This document shows positions 48,184 to 58,773 of a stretch of 64,000 bases of DNA, piece after piece. How positions within the stretch are numbered: the stretch's first letter is position 1; the number at the start of each line of letters is the position of its first letter. The DNA is taken from positions 7,237 to 71,236 of the forward strand of contig JAICZH010000001.1 in the NCBI GenBank assembly GCA_025933775.1, read 5' to 3'. The position numbers and the translations under genes were made by a program. The stretch is from Chitinophagaceae bacterium (GTDB lineage Bacteria; Bacteroidota; Bacteroidia; Chitinophagales; Chitinophagaceae). Under the pieces are notes generated by a model that ran no database searches, had not been told where the DNA came from, and worked only from the letters and a program-made list of their open reading frames with translations.

Positions 48184-49326
48184 ATGGACAATATTTTACT
48201 AAGCGGGGGATTAGCATTTTTAATAACCTTTTTTTCAATCCCGGTAATAATTGAAGTGGCCAAAAGTAAAAAGCTTTTCGACGAACCTGATGAAAGAAAA
48301 GTGCATAAAGCGGTAACGCCCACTCTTGGCGGCTTGGGAATTTTCGCTGGTTTTATAGTGGCATCATTATTAGGTGTTCCTTCTTCCATTCCGCCGGTTT
48401 TTCATTATTTTATTGCAGCCATAATGATTATATTTTTTATGGGAATAAAAGATGATATTTTAGTTCTTTCCGCTACAAAAAAGTTTATTGGCCAACTGGT
48501 CGCCGCAGCCATTCTCATTAAGTTTGGAGGTATTCAAATAAATAATATGCATGGCTTTTTAGGAATGCATGCCATTCCTCACACTGCAAGTATTTTGCTT
48601 ACCCTATTTACAATTGTTGTAATTACCAATTCATTCAATCTTATTGACGGAGTAGATGGGCTGGCAGGTTCTTTAGGATTATTAACTTCTACACTTTTTG
48701 GCGCTTATTTTATTGCTACTTCTCAATGGATGTATGCGGTGATGGCTTTTTCACTGGCTGGCAGTTTAGTTGCATTTCTTATTTATAATTTTTCACCTGC
48801 CAAAATTTTTATGGGCGATACAGGATCGCTTATCATTGGAATTTTAAATGCCGTTTTTGTTATAAAATTTATAGCCCTGGCAGCAGATCCATCTTATGGA
48901 GTTCCTTTGCAATCTGCGCCTGCAATTGGTTTTGCAATTTTAATTGTTCCGCTTTTTGATACCTTGCGGGTAGTAACTATTCGCATTATAAGCCGCCGGT
49001 CTCCTTTCAGTCCGGATAGAAATCATATTCATCATTTTTTATTAGAACTTGGTTACAGCCATAGCAAGATCACCTTCACTTGTGTATGCTGCAATATTGC
49101 ATTTATAGTTTTTGCATACCTGCTTCGTTCTACAGGTACTACTATGGTAATAGTTGCACTTTCGGGAGTATCGCTGTGTATAGTAAGCGTGGTATATTAT
49201 AGCCGGCCGAAAACCAAACCGAAAAACAAACCTATTATCCTGCCTGGCTTTAATAATAAAGAATCCATTCTTACATCTTCTCACAAAATACTTACGCTCA
49301 CGGGTGATCCGGTGGAACAGAATTGA
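48184..49326 (+). CDS. MraY/WecA family polyprenyl-phosphate sugar-phosphate transferase
   Basis: PTLGGLGIF, GIKDD, NSFNLIDGVDGL, FMGDTGS, DRNHIHH. Confidence 0.92.
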   Translation: MDNILLSGGLAFLITFFSIPVIIEVAKSKKLFDEPDERKVHKAVTPTLGGLGIFAGFIVASLLGVPSSIPPVFHYFIAAIMIIFFMGIKDDILVLSATKKFIGQLVAAAILIKFGGIQINNMHGFLGMHAIPHTASILLTLFTIVVITNSFNLIDGVDGLAGSLGLLTSTLFGAYFIATSQWMYAVMAFSLAGSLVAFLIYNFSPAKIFMGDTGSLIIGILNAVFVIKFIALAADPSYGVPLQSAPAIGFAILIVPLFDTLRVVTIRIISRRSPFSPDRNHIHHFLLELGYSHSKITFTCVCCNIAFIVFAYLLRSTGTTMVIVALSGVSLCIVSVVYYSRPKTKPKNKPIILPGFNNKESILTSSHKILTLTGDPVEQN

Positions 49327-49429
49327 GTGGTATTAACTTTTTTATCAAAACGATTTTATTAATTTTGGTCTCTTTTAAAAAAATTATATTTTTTTTAGAT
49401 GAGATACATTTTTATAAACTTGATTTAAA

Positions 49430-49993
49430 ATGGCAGATGATTTATCGGAGATATTAAATTACGGCAAAGCTTCTATGAAAAAAGCAATTGACTTTTTTGA
49501 AGCGGAACTTACCAGAATAAGAGCAGGGAAAGCAAGCCCCAACATGCTTGATGGAATAGTAGTTGATTATTACGGAAACCCCACTCCCATTGGCCAGGTG
49601 GGCAATGTAAGCATTATGGATGCACGCACGCTCACTATACAGCCATGGGAAAAAAATATGTTGCAGCCAATTGAGCGATCCATCATTGCCGCCAACATAG
49701 GAATTAATCCACAAAATGATGGCAACATTATTCGTTTGTTTCTTCCACCACTTACCGAAGAAAGAAGAAAAGAATTAGTAAAACGAAGTAATACGGAAGG
49801 TGAACATGCAAAAGTTGCCGTAAGAAATATACGCCGCGAAGCAATTGAACAAATTAAAAAATTGCAAAAAGATGGACTGAGCGAAGATGCGGCAAAGGAT
49901 GGAGAAAATGATATGCAGGAAATTACCAACAACTATATTTCTTTGGTAGATAAACATCTTGAAGCAAAAGAAAAAGAAATTATGGCTGTATAA
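49430..49993 (+). CDS. frr: Ribosome recycling factor
   Basis: IRAGKASP, YYGNPTP, PPLTEERRKEL, KEKEIM. Confidence 0.97.
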   Translation: MADDLSEILNYGKASMKKAIDFFEAELTRIRAGKASPNMLDGIVVDYYGNPTPIGQVGNVSIMDARTLTIQPWEKNMLQPIERSIIAANIGINPQNDGNIIRLFLPPLTEERRKELVKRSNTEGEHAKVAVRNIRREAIEQIKKLQKDGLSEDAAKDGENDMQEITNNYISLVDKHLEAKEKEIMAV

Positions 49994-49999
49994 ATTTTT

Positions 50000-50896
50000 T
50001 TGAAACTTTTTTTGAAAGAGCAATTACTCATATTAATAACTACTCCGCTATATATTGTTGTAATAGGAGTGGAGATGATATTAAGCCATCTTCATGTAAA
50101 AAAATATTATACCCTTAAAGATACTTTTGTAAATATTTATTTATGTGCCATCAATGGCGGTATTGATCTTTTGTTCAGAACCGTGTATCTTTTTATATTG
50201 GTTTCCATTTATCATTTTCATGTTATAGATTTTTCTTTTAATCCATGGCTGTATTGGCCTTTGCTTTTTATTTTAGAAGATTTTGCTTTTTATATTGAGC
50301 ATCGGGTGGACCATTTTTGTAGAATCTTTTGGGCAGTGCATGTTACGCATCATTCGTCAGAAGAATTTAATTTAACAACAGGCTTTCGTTCTTCGGTATT
50401 GCAACCGTTATACAGATTCATTTATTTTTTACCGCTTGTATTGCTGGGGTTTAAGCCCATTGATATTGTGTTCATGTATTCGCTCACTCAGATTTATGGA
50501 ATACTGGTGCACACACAATACATTCATAAAATGCCCCGATGGTTTGATGCTGTTTTTGTGAGTCCTTCCCATCACAGGGTTCATCATGCAAGCAACATTC
50601 GATACCTCGACAGAAATATGGGAATGGTATTGATAATATGGGACAGGCTTTTTAAAACTTTTCAGGCAGAACTGGACGAAGACCCGGTAAAATATGGGCT
50701 TACCAAACAATTGGAAAATCCGCACCATCTCACAAAAATAATTTTTCACGAATGGCAAAATATCGGAAAAGATTTAAAAAGAAAATTGCCCCTTATTATT
50801 AAAATTAAATATCTCATTAAACCACCCGGCTGGAGCCACGATGGAAGCACCAAAACTGCAAAGGAATTACGAAAAGAATTTTATTACCTCGAATAA
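50000..50896 (+). CDS. Sterol desaturase/fatty acid hydroxylase family protein
   Basis: His boxes HRVDH, HVTHHSS, HHRVHH; TTG start. Confidence 0.9.
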   Translation: MKLFLKEQLLILITTPLYIVVIGVEMILSHLHVKKYYTLKDTFVNIYLCAINGGIDLLFRTVYLFILVSIYHFHVIDFSFNPWLYWPLLFILEDFAFYIEHRVDHFCRIFWAVHVTHHSSEEFNLTTGFRSSVLQPLYRFIYFLPLVLLGFKPIDIVFMYSLTQIYGILVHTQYIHKMPRWFDAVFVSPSHHRVHHASNIRYLDRNMGMVLIIWDRLFKTFQAELDEDPVKYGLTKQLENPHHLTKIIFHEWQNIGKDLKRKLPLIIKIKYLIKPPGWSHDGSTKTAKELRKEFYYLE

Positions 50897-51119
50897 TTTT
50901 TTTAAACTAATCAGAAATTGTATTACTTTAACTGTTGATTGAGGTTAAAGAAACCGTATTTATTAAGAAATAAAAAAACTCAGGTTTAAAAACTTTGAAA
51001 CTTATTTAGAACTCCAAAATCTTTTATTTATAAAAATCAATATCCATGTGTTTATATAAATAAAAATATCCGCGCCTTAAAAAATAATATCAATTTTATC
51101 ATCATTAAAAACAAACACT

Positions 51120-51494
51120 ATGAGTTTCATAAAAGATTTCAAAGCCTTCGCAGTGAAAGGCAATGTTATGGATCTGGCCGTAGCAGTAATTATCGGCGCA
51201 GCCTTTACAGCTATTGTATCTTCATTAGTAACAGACATTATCACTCCGGCAATACTGGCGCCTGTTTTAGACAAGCTCGGGTTGAAAGATATTGCAGAAC
51301 TAAAATGGGGAGCGGTTACTTATGGAAAATTTTTAGCAGCAGTAATTAATTTTATTGTAATTGCGCTTGTTATTTTTTTACTGATTCGCTCTATTGCAAA
51401 ATTTCAAAGAAAAGTGGAAGCAGAGCCGGCAGGCCCGTCTTCCACCGATACGCTTTTAATGGAAATAAGAGATGAACTGAAACGAAAATCTTAA
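51120..51494 (+). CDS. mscL: Large-conductance mechanosensitive channel
   Basis: FKAFAVKGNVMDLAVAVIIGAAF, LLMEIRDEL. Confidence 0.97.
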   Translation: MSFIKDFKAFAVKGNVMDLAVAVIIGAAFTAIVSSLVTDIITPAILAPVLDKLGLKDIAELKWGAVTYGKFLAAVINFIVIALVIFLLIRSIAKFQRKVEAEPAGPSSTDTLLMEIRDELKRKS

Positions 51495-51537
51495 TTTAAA
51501 AATTGATGCACAAAAAGCATTTTTCATTTTTCAAAGT

Positions 51538-51571
51538 ATCCCGTTGGCAACACCCCAACGGGATTTTTTTT
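51538..51571 (+). terminator. Intrinsic terminator after mscL
   Basis: ATCCCGTTGG / CCAACGGGAT 10-bp stem followed by a T run. Confidence 0.85.
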
Positions 51572-51755
51572 GTTTAATTTGCAAAATGAAAAATAATATT
51601 ATCGTTTTCTTAGTAACGCGAACAACGCTAAGGTGTCGCAAAGATCGCTGAGAAACGTTAAAATAAAGAGATACAAATTTTTATAACAAGTTTATAAAAA
51701 CTGATATTAGTTTGAGAAAAAATACTTAATCTTATTAGCCTGAATAAAAAATAAA

Positions 51756-52556
51756 ATGAATACAGAAACTTACCAGATAAAGTTACCGCAGTTTGAAGGG
51801 CCATTCGATCTGTTGCTTTTTTTTATTGAAAGAGATGAACTGGATGTTTACAATATTCCGATTACAAAAATTACCAACGAATTTCTTGATTACATTCATA
51901 AAAGCGAATCTTTAAATATAGAATTGAGCAGTGAATTTATATTATTCATTAGTACGCTTATGCGCATCAAAGCAAAAATGCTTTTGCCCAGAAAAGAAAT
52001 AGATGCCGAAGGAAATGAAATAGATCCGCGTCGGGAGTTAGTAGATAAAATTTTAGAATATAAAAAGTTTAAAGAGGCCGCTGTAAAAATGAGCGAGCTG
52101 GAGGCCTTGCGCATGTTGATGGTGAAGCGGGGAAATATTCAGGAAGAACTTTCTAAAATTGGAGAAGAAGCAGGAGAGGGCACAGAAATACAAGCTGTTT
52201 CTTTATTCAAATTGATGAAGGCGTTTGAAAGAGTAGCCAGCCGGCTTCATGCAAAAAGGCATCAACTGGTGCATACGGTAGTACAGTATAATTATACCAT
52301 GGAAGGTACCCGCGAATACATGCTAAGCCTGGTTCAAAAAGAACAAGCCTTGTCTTTTGAAAAAATATTTGATATAGCAGAAAATCGCATTCATGCTATT
52401 TTTCTTTTTTTAAACATGCTTGAACTTATTCAGCAAAAATATTTTTTAATAACAATGGGAACGGGTATCAATAATTTTATAATTGAATATAATCAAGAAC
52501 GACCCGATGATGCATTAACGCTGCCTGCAACCATTGTGGATGCTACGCTTAATTAA
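51756..52556 (+). CDS. scpA: Segregation and condensation protein A
   Basis: FEGPFDLLLFFI, SEFILFISTLMRIKAKMLLP, DPRRELV. Confidence 0.92.
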   Translation: MNTETYQIKLPQFEGPFDLLLFFIERDELDVYNIPITKITNEFLDYIHKSESLNIELSSEFILFISTLMRIKAKMLLPRKEIDAEGNEIDPRRELVDKILEYKKFKEAAVKMSELEALRMLMVKRGNIQEELSKIGEEAGEGTEIQAVSLFKLMKAFERVASRLHAKRHQLVHTVVQYNYTMEGTREYMLSLVQKEQALSFEKIFDIAENRIHAIFLFLNMLELIQQKYFLITMGTGINNFIIEYNQERPDDALTLPATIVDATLN

Positions 52557-52588
52557 TATTTAATAAGATTTCTGAAAATAAAAGGCGG

Positions 52589-54523
52589 TTAATTATTTCC
52601 TTCAATTAATTTATTCACTTCTATTGAAGCCATATCACGTATCGCTTCTGCGATATGATTTGCGTCTATGCCTATTTCATTATACAATTCTTTCGGAGTT
52701 CCATGTTCTATAACAATATCAGGTATTCCTAATATTTTCGTATAGGCGTGGTAGTTATGTTCCGCCATAAATTCTAAAATGGCAGAACCAAATCCGCCTT
52801 TTACTGTTCCGTCTTCTACAGTAATTATTTTAGAATAATTTTTAAAAACTTCATGAAGTATTTTTTCATCCAAAGGTTTTACAAAACGCATATCATAATG
52901 CGCCGGATTGATGCCTTCATTTTTTACTTCTCGTATGGCTGCGGCAGCAAAATTTCCCGGATGGCCATAAGAAAGAATCGCAATCTCTTCACCATCTTTT
53001 AATTTTCTTCCGGTACCGATTTTTATTTCTTTCATTTCTGTTTTCCAATCGGCCTTTACCGCTTCGCCGCGTGGGTAACGGATTACAAAAGGATTTTTTA
53101 TTTTTTCTAATTGAGATGTAAACATAAGATTGCGCAATTCACTTTCATTCATCGGAGCGCTTACAATCATGTTGGGTATGCAACGCATGTACGCAATATC
53201 ATAAGCGCCGTGATGCGTTGGGCCATCTTCGCCCACAAGCCCTGCCCTATCTAAGCAAAACACTACTGGTAAATTTTGTATCGCAACATCGTGCACTACC
53301 TGGTCGTAACCGCGCTGCATAAACGAAGAATAAATATTGCAGAAAACTTTCATTCCTTGCGTGGCAAGCCCTGCGCTTAGTGTAACGGCGTGTTGCTCGC
53401 AAATGCCCACATCAAAAGCACGATCGGGCATTTGCTCCATCATATACTTTAATGAACTTCCACTCGGCATCGCAGGAGTAATGCCCATAATCTTTTTATT
53501 TTTTTCTGCCAGTTCAATAATAGTATATCCAAATACATCCTGGTATTTCGGCGGTTGCGGAAGATCAAATTTTTTCTTATAAATTTCGCCGGTTATTTTA
53601 TCAAACAATCCCGGTGCATGCCATTTGGTTTGATCTTTTTCTGCCAGCTCATACCCTTTTCCTTTTATTGTTTTTATATGCAAAAGTTTTGGACCAGGAA
53701 TATCTTTAATGTCTTTTAAAGTATCAACCAACTTTGTAATATTATGTCCGTCAATTGGCCCAAAGTACCGTAGATTAAGGGCTTCAAACAAATTACTGCT
53801 GTTGCTTACAATTCCTTTTAAGCTGGCTTCAATTTTTGAAACAATTTTTCTTGATAATGTTTTCGCAGGAAGTTTGCCTAACGCTTTCCAGAAATCATCG
53901 CGAAATTTATTATACGAATGAGAAGTAGTAATATCAGTAAGATATTCTTTTAATGCACCCACATTCGGGTCAATGCTCATGCAGTTATCATTTAGAATAA
54001 TAAGCAAATTACTTTTTTCAATGCCGGCATGATTCAATGCTTCGAAAGCCATTCCCGCCGTCATTGCGCCATCCCCGATGATGGCAACGTGCTGCCGGTT
54101 AATTTCACCTTTATAATGTGAAGCCATCGCCATTCCCAGCGCAGCAGAAATAGAAGTAGATGAATGGCCCACACCGAAAGTGTCATATTCGCTTTCTGCT
54201 CTTTTAGGAAAACCGCTAAGCCCTTTATATTTTCTGTTGGTTTTAAAATTATCTTTTCTGCCAGTAAGAATTTTATGACCATAGGCCTGGTGACCCACAT
54301 CCCACACCAATTGATCGTAAGGAGTATTGAATACATAATGCAATGCAACGGTAAGTTCCACTACGCCGAGGCTGGCTCCAAAGTGGCCGCCATACACGCT
54401 TACAACATCTACAATATATTGGCGCAATTCTTTACACACCTGGTGCAGTTGCTCCTTGCTAAGTTTTTTTAAATCGTCCGGGCTATTTATATTTTGCAAT
54501 AATTTGCCGGGTGTAATTTCCAT
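52589..54523 (-). CDS. dxs: 1-deoxy-D-xylulose-5-phosphate synthase
   Basis: WDVGHQAY, GHSSTSISA, GDGAMTAG, LNDN, DVGICEQH, DRAGLVGEDGPTHHG; ATG 54523 preferred. Confidence 0.97.
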   Translation of the reverse strand: MEITPGKLLQNINSPDDLKKLSKEQLHQVCKELRQYIVDVVSVYGGHFGASLGVVELTVALHYVFNTPYDQLVWDVGHQAYGHKILTGRKDNFKTNRKYKGLSGFPKRAESEYDTFGVGHSSTSISAALGMAMASHYKGEINRQHVAIIGDGAMTAGMAFEALNHAGIEKSNLLIILNDNCMSIDPNVGALKEYLTDITTSHSYNKFRDDFWKALGKLPAKTLSRKIVSKIEASLKGIVSNSSNLFEALNLRYFGPIDGHNITKLVDTLKDIKDIPGPKLLHIKTIKGKGYELAEKDQTKWHAPGLFDKITGEIYKKKFDLPQPPKYQDVFGYTIIELAEKNKKIMGITPAMPSGSSLKYMMEQMPDRAFDVGICEQHAVTLSAGLATQGMKVFCNIYSSFMQRGYDQVVHDVAIQNLPVVFCLDRAGLVGEDGPTHHGAYDIAYMRCIPNMIVSAPMNESELRNLMFTSQLEKIKNPFVIRYPRGEAVKADWKTEMKEIKIGTGRKLKDGEEIAILSYGHPGNFAAAAIREVKNEGINPAHYDMRFVKPLDEKILHEVFKNYSKIITVEDGTVKGGFGSAILEFMAEHNYHAYTKILGIPDIVIEHGTPKELYNEIGIDANHIAEAIRDMASIEVNKLIEGNN

Positions 54524-54694
54524 TTTGTATTTTTTATTTGGCAAAGTTAAGTTATTGGATTTTTATGGATTTTAAACAGTTTTAGAAAATATAAGATTTT
54601 AAAAATTAAGAAATCTGAAAATGTGCGGAAAGATTTCTATAATATTTTATATACGAAAAAAAGAATACAATAGTATTTGAAATAAGATAAATAT

Positions 54695-55402
54695 TTACAT
54701 CATTTTCAAAATCAAATTTGGGTCAGGGCAATTTGCCAAATATTTTTTTCTTTCACTTATTTTACAAACTCCGGGATAATCTCCTTTATAATTTTCAATA
54801 TCATGAATGATTTGAAAATGCAGGTGTGGCGGCCAGTTTCCATTTTCTTCAACAGAACCAAAGTGTGCAAATAATTGTCCGGCTTTTATAAAATCACCTT
54901 CATGAATTTGCTGCAGATCTGCAAAGCTTAAATGGCCATACAAAGTATAAAAAGAAATTTCATAAAACACATGCTTTAAAATAATGGTAGCGCCATAATC
55001 GCCAAAATTATTATTGAATGCAAAGCTGTGAACCGTTGCATCGCACGGAGCAAAAATTTCAGTTCCTTCTTTCCCGGAAATGTCCACGCCAATATGTAAT
55101 CTTCGCGGCTCTTCATTTGAAGAATTTGTATTAATATCATTATTGAAAAGTTTACTTCGCGAATACATCGGCCTTTTTTCATTGTAACCGCCAATGCCAT
55201 ATTTGGCCCCCGATTGCTTCAATAAATTATTTATATATTCAGATAAAAGAATGGTATTTGTAAAATCAATATTGTTCAGCGCTTTGTTATTTTGCGATGA
55301 ATCAACATGAATTATTTTTTCATGTTCAGGATTAAATGATACAACCGGATGAAAGATGTTTTTATTTCTTTTCAACCATTCATGTAAAATATTTTTATTC
55401 AA
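54695..55402 (-). CDS. M23 family metallopeptidase
   Basis: HIGVD, GDYG, LYGHLS, PPHLHFQI. Confidence 0.88.
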   Translation of the reverse strand: MNKNILHEWLKRNKNIFHPVVSFNPEHEKIIHVDSSQNNKALNNIDFTNTILLSEYINNLLKQSGAKYGIGGYNEKRPMYSRSKLFNNDINTNSSNEEPRRLHIGVDISGKEGTEIFAPCDATVHSFAFNNNFGDYGATIILKHVFYEISFYTLYGHLSFADLQQIHEGDFIKAGQLFAHFGSVEENGNWPPHLHFQIIHDIENYKGDYPGVCKISERKKYLANCPDPNLILKMM

Positions 55403-55464
55403 GATTAAATTTTGTTTTATTTGATAAATTGCAAGTTCATTATTTTTTATAAATTAATTGCTTT

Positions 55465-58400
55465 ATGAAACCATATAAAATACTTTTCATTTTTCTTATT
55501 ATTTCATTTCAAACTATTGCTCAAAAAACACCGTTATGGTTACGCTATCCTGCCATTTCCCCTGATGGAAAAAGTATTGTTTTTAGTTTTAAAGGAGATT
55601 TATATAAAGTAAGTGCTTCAGGCGGAACTGCCTATCCGCTTACATTGCACGAGGCGCATGATTTTATGCCGGTATGGAGCCATGATGGAAAAAAAATTGC
55701 TTTTGCAAGCGATCGCTTTGGAAATTTTGATGTATTTGTAATTGATGCAAATGGCGGAGAACCGACAAGACTTACTTATAATTCTGCACAAGATTATCCG
55801 TATGATTTTTCTCCTGATGATAGTAAAGTTATTTTCGGAACCAATAGAAATGATATTGCATCTTCAGCTCGGTTTCCTGTGTTATCTGTTTTCAAAAAAT
55901 TGTATGAAGCGTCCGTGAATGGAGGCCGCAGCATTATGGTCAACAGCGCCGGAATGGAAAATGCACATTACAATTCAAAAGGAAGTGAAATTATTTTTCA
56001 GGATAATAAAGGCTTTGAAGACCCCTGGCGCAAACATCATACTTCATCAATCACCCGCGACATCTGGTTGTACAATATAAAAAATGATTCTTATAAAAAA
56101 CTTAGTTCTTTTAATGGCGAAGATCGTGAACCCATCTTTTCTTCCGATGATCAAAAATATTTTTATTTAAATGAAAAAAGCGGCTCATTAAATGTGTATG
56201 AAGCCGAAACTAACCTGCCTACCGGACAGGCAGGCGGTGATGATGAAACGCAGTTAACCCATTTTAAAAATAACCCGGTTCGTTTTTTAAGTCGGGCAAA
56301 TGATAACACGCTTTGCTTTACTTATGATGGCGAAATTTACACCATGAAACCCGGCGGTTCACCTGAAAAATTAAATGTTATTATTAATTCAGAAAATAAA
56401 GACAATACACAAACAGTAATGCCTGTAAATGGAGGCGCCACTGAGTTTGAGCTATCGCCCAATGGAAAAGAAATTGCTTTTGTATTTCGCGGTGAAATAT
56501 TTGTAACCTCTGTTGATGGCGGAATTACCAAGCGTATTACCAACACGCCTTTCCAGGAAAGAACGGTAACATTTTCTCCAGACGGAAGAAGTCTTTATTA
56601 TGCAGCCGAGCATGAAGACAAAGGATGGGACATAATGAAAACATCTATTGCAAGAAAAGAAGAGCCTTATTTTTTTACTTCAACTGTTTTAAAAACTGAA
56701 CCGGTGATTGCAACTGATAAAGATGAATTTCAGCCCGAAGTTTCTCCTGATGGAAAAGAAATCGCTTATCTCGAAGAAAGAAATATTTTGAAAGTTTTTA
56801 ATCTCGATAAAAAAACATCACGCACCATAATTCCCGAAGGACAAAATTTTTCTTATGAAGACGGTGATCAAAATTACAAATGGAGCCCGGACAGTAAATG
56901 GATTGCTGCCAACAGTTCGAAAGGTTATTATGACGCAAACGAAATAATGCTTTATAATGTAACAAAAAATGATAACGGAACAGATGTAACCCAATCCGGT
57001 TTTGCAACCGAAGGCATGCAATGGGCGCTTAATGGTAAAGCGCTGCTTTGGGTTACAGACAGAAATGGGAAAAGGCCTCTGGCCATGCAAGGCGCAAGAG
57101 AGGTTGATATTTATGCCATGTTCTTTGATAAAGAAACGTATGATCAGTTTCAGCTAAGCAAAGAAGAATATTCTCTCTTAAAAGAAAAAGAAGATTCGAG
57201 CGGAAAAAAAGAAAAAGAAAAAAATGATACGGCGCTTGCTAAAAAAATAAAAGAACCATTCAAAATGGATCTAACGGACCTCGATATACGAAGAGTGCGG
57301 TTAACCACAAGTTCTGTAAATCTTAGCAGCTATCGTATTTCACCAAAAGGAGATCAGCTTTATTTTACAGCCAGGTTTGAGAAAGGATTTGATCTTTGGC
57401 AAATAGATACACGCACGCATGAACAGAAACTATTAGCAAAACTTGGCGACAACAGAGCATCGCTTGAAATGAGTAAAGATGGTAAAATGCTTTATGTTTT
57501 ATCAAACGGGAAAATATCACAGGTAAGCACTGCTGATGGAAAAATAACTCCGATAAGTATAAACAGTGAAATGGTTGTGGACCATGCAGCGGAAAGAGAA
57601 TATATTTTTAACCATGCATGGAGGCAGGTAAAGAAAAAATTAATATATCCCGATATGCATGGAGTGGATTGGGAAATGTATAAAAAAACTTATGCAAAAT
57701 TTTTGCCCTTTATTGCTGATAATTACGACTTCCGCGAATTGCTGAGTGAAATGCTGGGTGAACTAAATGTTTCGCATACGGGTGGTCGTTATATACCCAA
57801 TGTTGAAAATGGGGATGAAACAGCTTCACTTGGTTTATTATACGATGAAATGCAAGGTGGCAAAGGATTAAAGATAGATGAAGTAATTTCCGGCGGGCCA
57901 CTTGATAAGGCAAAAAGCAAAATAAGAGCAGGGCAAATTCTTGAAAAAATTGATGGCAATGAAATTGATAATTCACAGGACTGGGCAATATTTTTAAACA
58001 GGAAAAATAGCGTGAATGTTTTGCTTACTGTTTATGATCCATCAACAAAAAATACATTTGATGAAGTGGTTAAGCCCATCAAACCTTCTGATGAAGGAAG
58101 TTTAATGTATAGAAGGTGGACTAAAAAAATGGAAGCAATGGTTGATAAATTAAGCAATGGTAAAGTAGGATATGTGCATGTACAGGCTATGAATGATAAC
58201 AGTTACAGAAGTGTGTTCGACGAAGTGTTGGGGAAAAATCTTACTAAAAAAGCATTGATTGTTGATACCCGCTTTAATGGAGGCGGAAATCTTCATGAAG
58301 AGTTATCAAATTTTTTGGATGGTAAACAATATACACGTAATGAGCCTTACGGGTTAAAACCAATTGGTGGTGGCGATCCCGAGGGGAAATGGTATAAACC

Positions 58401-58725
58401 AAGTTGTGTGGTAATGAATGAAGCTAATTACAGCGATGCCCATATTTTTCCTTATGCATATCGTGCAAAAGGAATAGGAAAGTTAATTGGAATGCCTGTA
58501 CCCGGCACGGGCACTTCAGTTTGGTGGGAAAGACAAATTGATCCTACCATGATTTTTGGAATTCCGATGATAGCTTTTATAGGCGTCAAAGAAGGAAAGC
58601 CACTTGAAAATATGCAGCTGGAACCTGATATTAAAGTGCAGAATGATTATAATAAAATTTTAAAAGGAGAAGACCAACAGATAGAAGCTGCGGTAAAAGA
58701 AATGTTGAAAGAAGTTGGCGATTAA
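55465..58725 (+). CDS. Tricorn-like S41 peptidase with beta-propeller and PDZ domains
   Basis: Signal peptide, PD40-like repeats (PAISPDGK, WSHDGK), ELNVSHTG, DTRFNGGG, NYSDAH. Confidence 0.92.
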   Translation: MKPYKILFIFLIISFQTIAQKTPLWLRYPAISPDGKSIVFSFKGDLYKVSASGGTAYPLTLHEAHDFMPVWSHDGKKIAFASDRFGNFDVFVIDANGGEPTRLTYNSAQDYPYDFSPDDSKVIFGTNRNDIASSARFPVLSVFKKLYEASVNGGRSIMVNSAGMENAHYNSKGSEIIFQDNKGFEDPWRKHHTSSITRDIWLYNIKNDSYKKLSSFNGEDREPIFSSDDQKYFYLNEKSGSLNVYEAETNLPTGQAGGDDETQLTHFKNNPVRFLSRANDNTLCFTYDGEIYTMKPGGSPEKLNVIINSENKDNTQTVMPVNGGATEFELSPNGKEIAFVFRGEIFVTSVDGGITKRITNTPFQERTVTFSPDGRSLYYAAEHEDKGWDIMKTSIARKEEPYFFTSTVLKTEPVIATDKDEFQPEVSPDGKEIAYLEERNILKVFNLDKKTSRTIIPEGQNFSYEDGDQNYKWSPDSKWIAANSSKGYYDANEIMLYNVTKNDNGTDVTQSGFATEGMQWALNGKALLWVTDRNGKRPLAMQGAREVDIYAMFFDKETYDQFQLSKEEYSLLKEKEDSSGKKEKEKNDTALAKKIKEPFKMDLTDLDIRRVRLTTSSVNLSSYRISPKGDQLYFTARFEKGFDLWQIDTRTHEQKLLAKLGDNRASLEMSKDGKMLYVLSNGKISQVSTADGKITPISINSEMVVDHAAEREYIFNHAWRQVKKKLIYPDMHGVDWEMYKKTYAKFLPFIADNYDFRELLSEMLGELNVSHTGGRYIPNVENGDETASLGLLYDEMQGGKGLKIDEVISGGPLDKAKSKIRAGQILEKIDGNEIDNSQDWAIFLNRKNSVNVLLTVYDPSTKNTFDEVVKPIKPSDEGSLMYRRWTKKMEAMVDKLSNGKVGYVHVQAMNDNSYRSVFDEVLGKNLTKKALIVDTRFNGGGNLHEELSNFLDGKQYTRNEPYGLKPIGGGDPEGKWYKPSCVVMNEANYSDAHIFPYAYRAKGIGKLIGMPVPGTGTSVWWERQIDPTMIFGIPMIAFIGVKEGKPLENMQLEPDIKVQNDYNKILKGEDQQIEAAVKEMLKEVGD
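56214..56234. repeat. 21-nt palindrome translated in frame inside the S41 gene
   Basis: CCTGCCT-ACCGGAC-AGGCAGG, within the codons for NLPTGQAG. Confidence 0.7.
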
Positions 58726-58773
58726 AAATAATTCGGATCAGGTATAACATCAGAATAATTTATTTAAACAAGA

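Noticed and set aside
51756-52556. scpA without adjacent scpB or smc; likewise the lone OppC-type permease at 37259
   Set aside because: Dispersed partner genes are ordinary in Bacteroidota and cannot be assessed from one window.
52735-52757. Weak seventh motif hit inside dxs (TAACTACCACGCCTATACGAAAA on minus)
   Set aside because: It lacks the invariant GG, lies in conserved coding sequence and was found post hoc.
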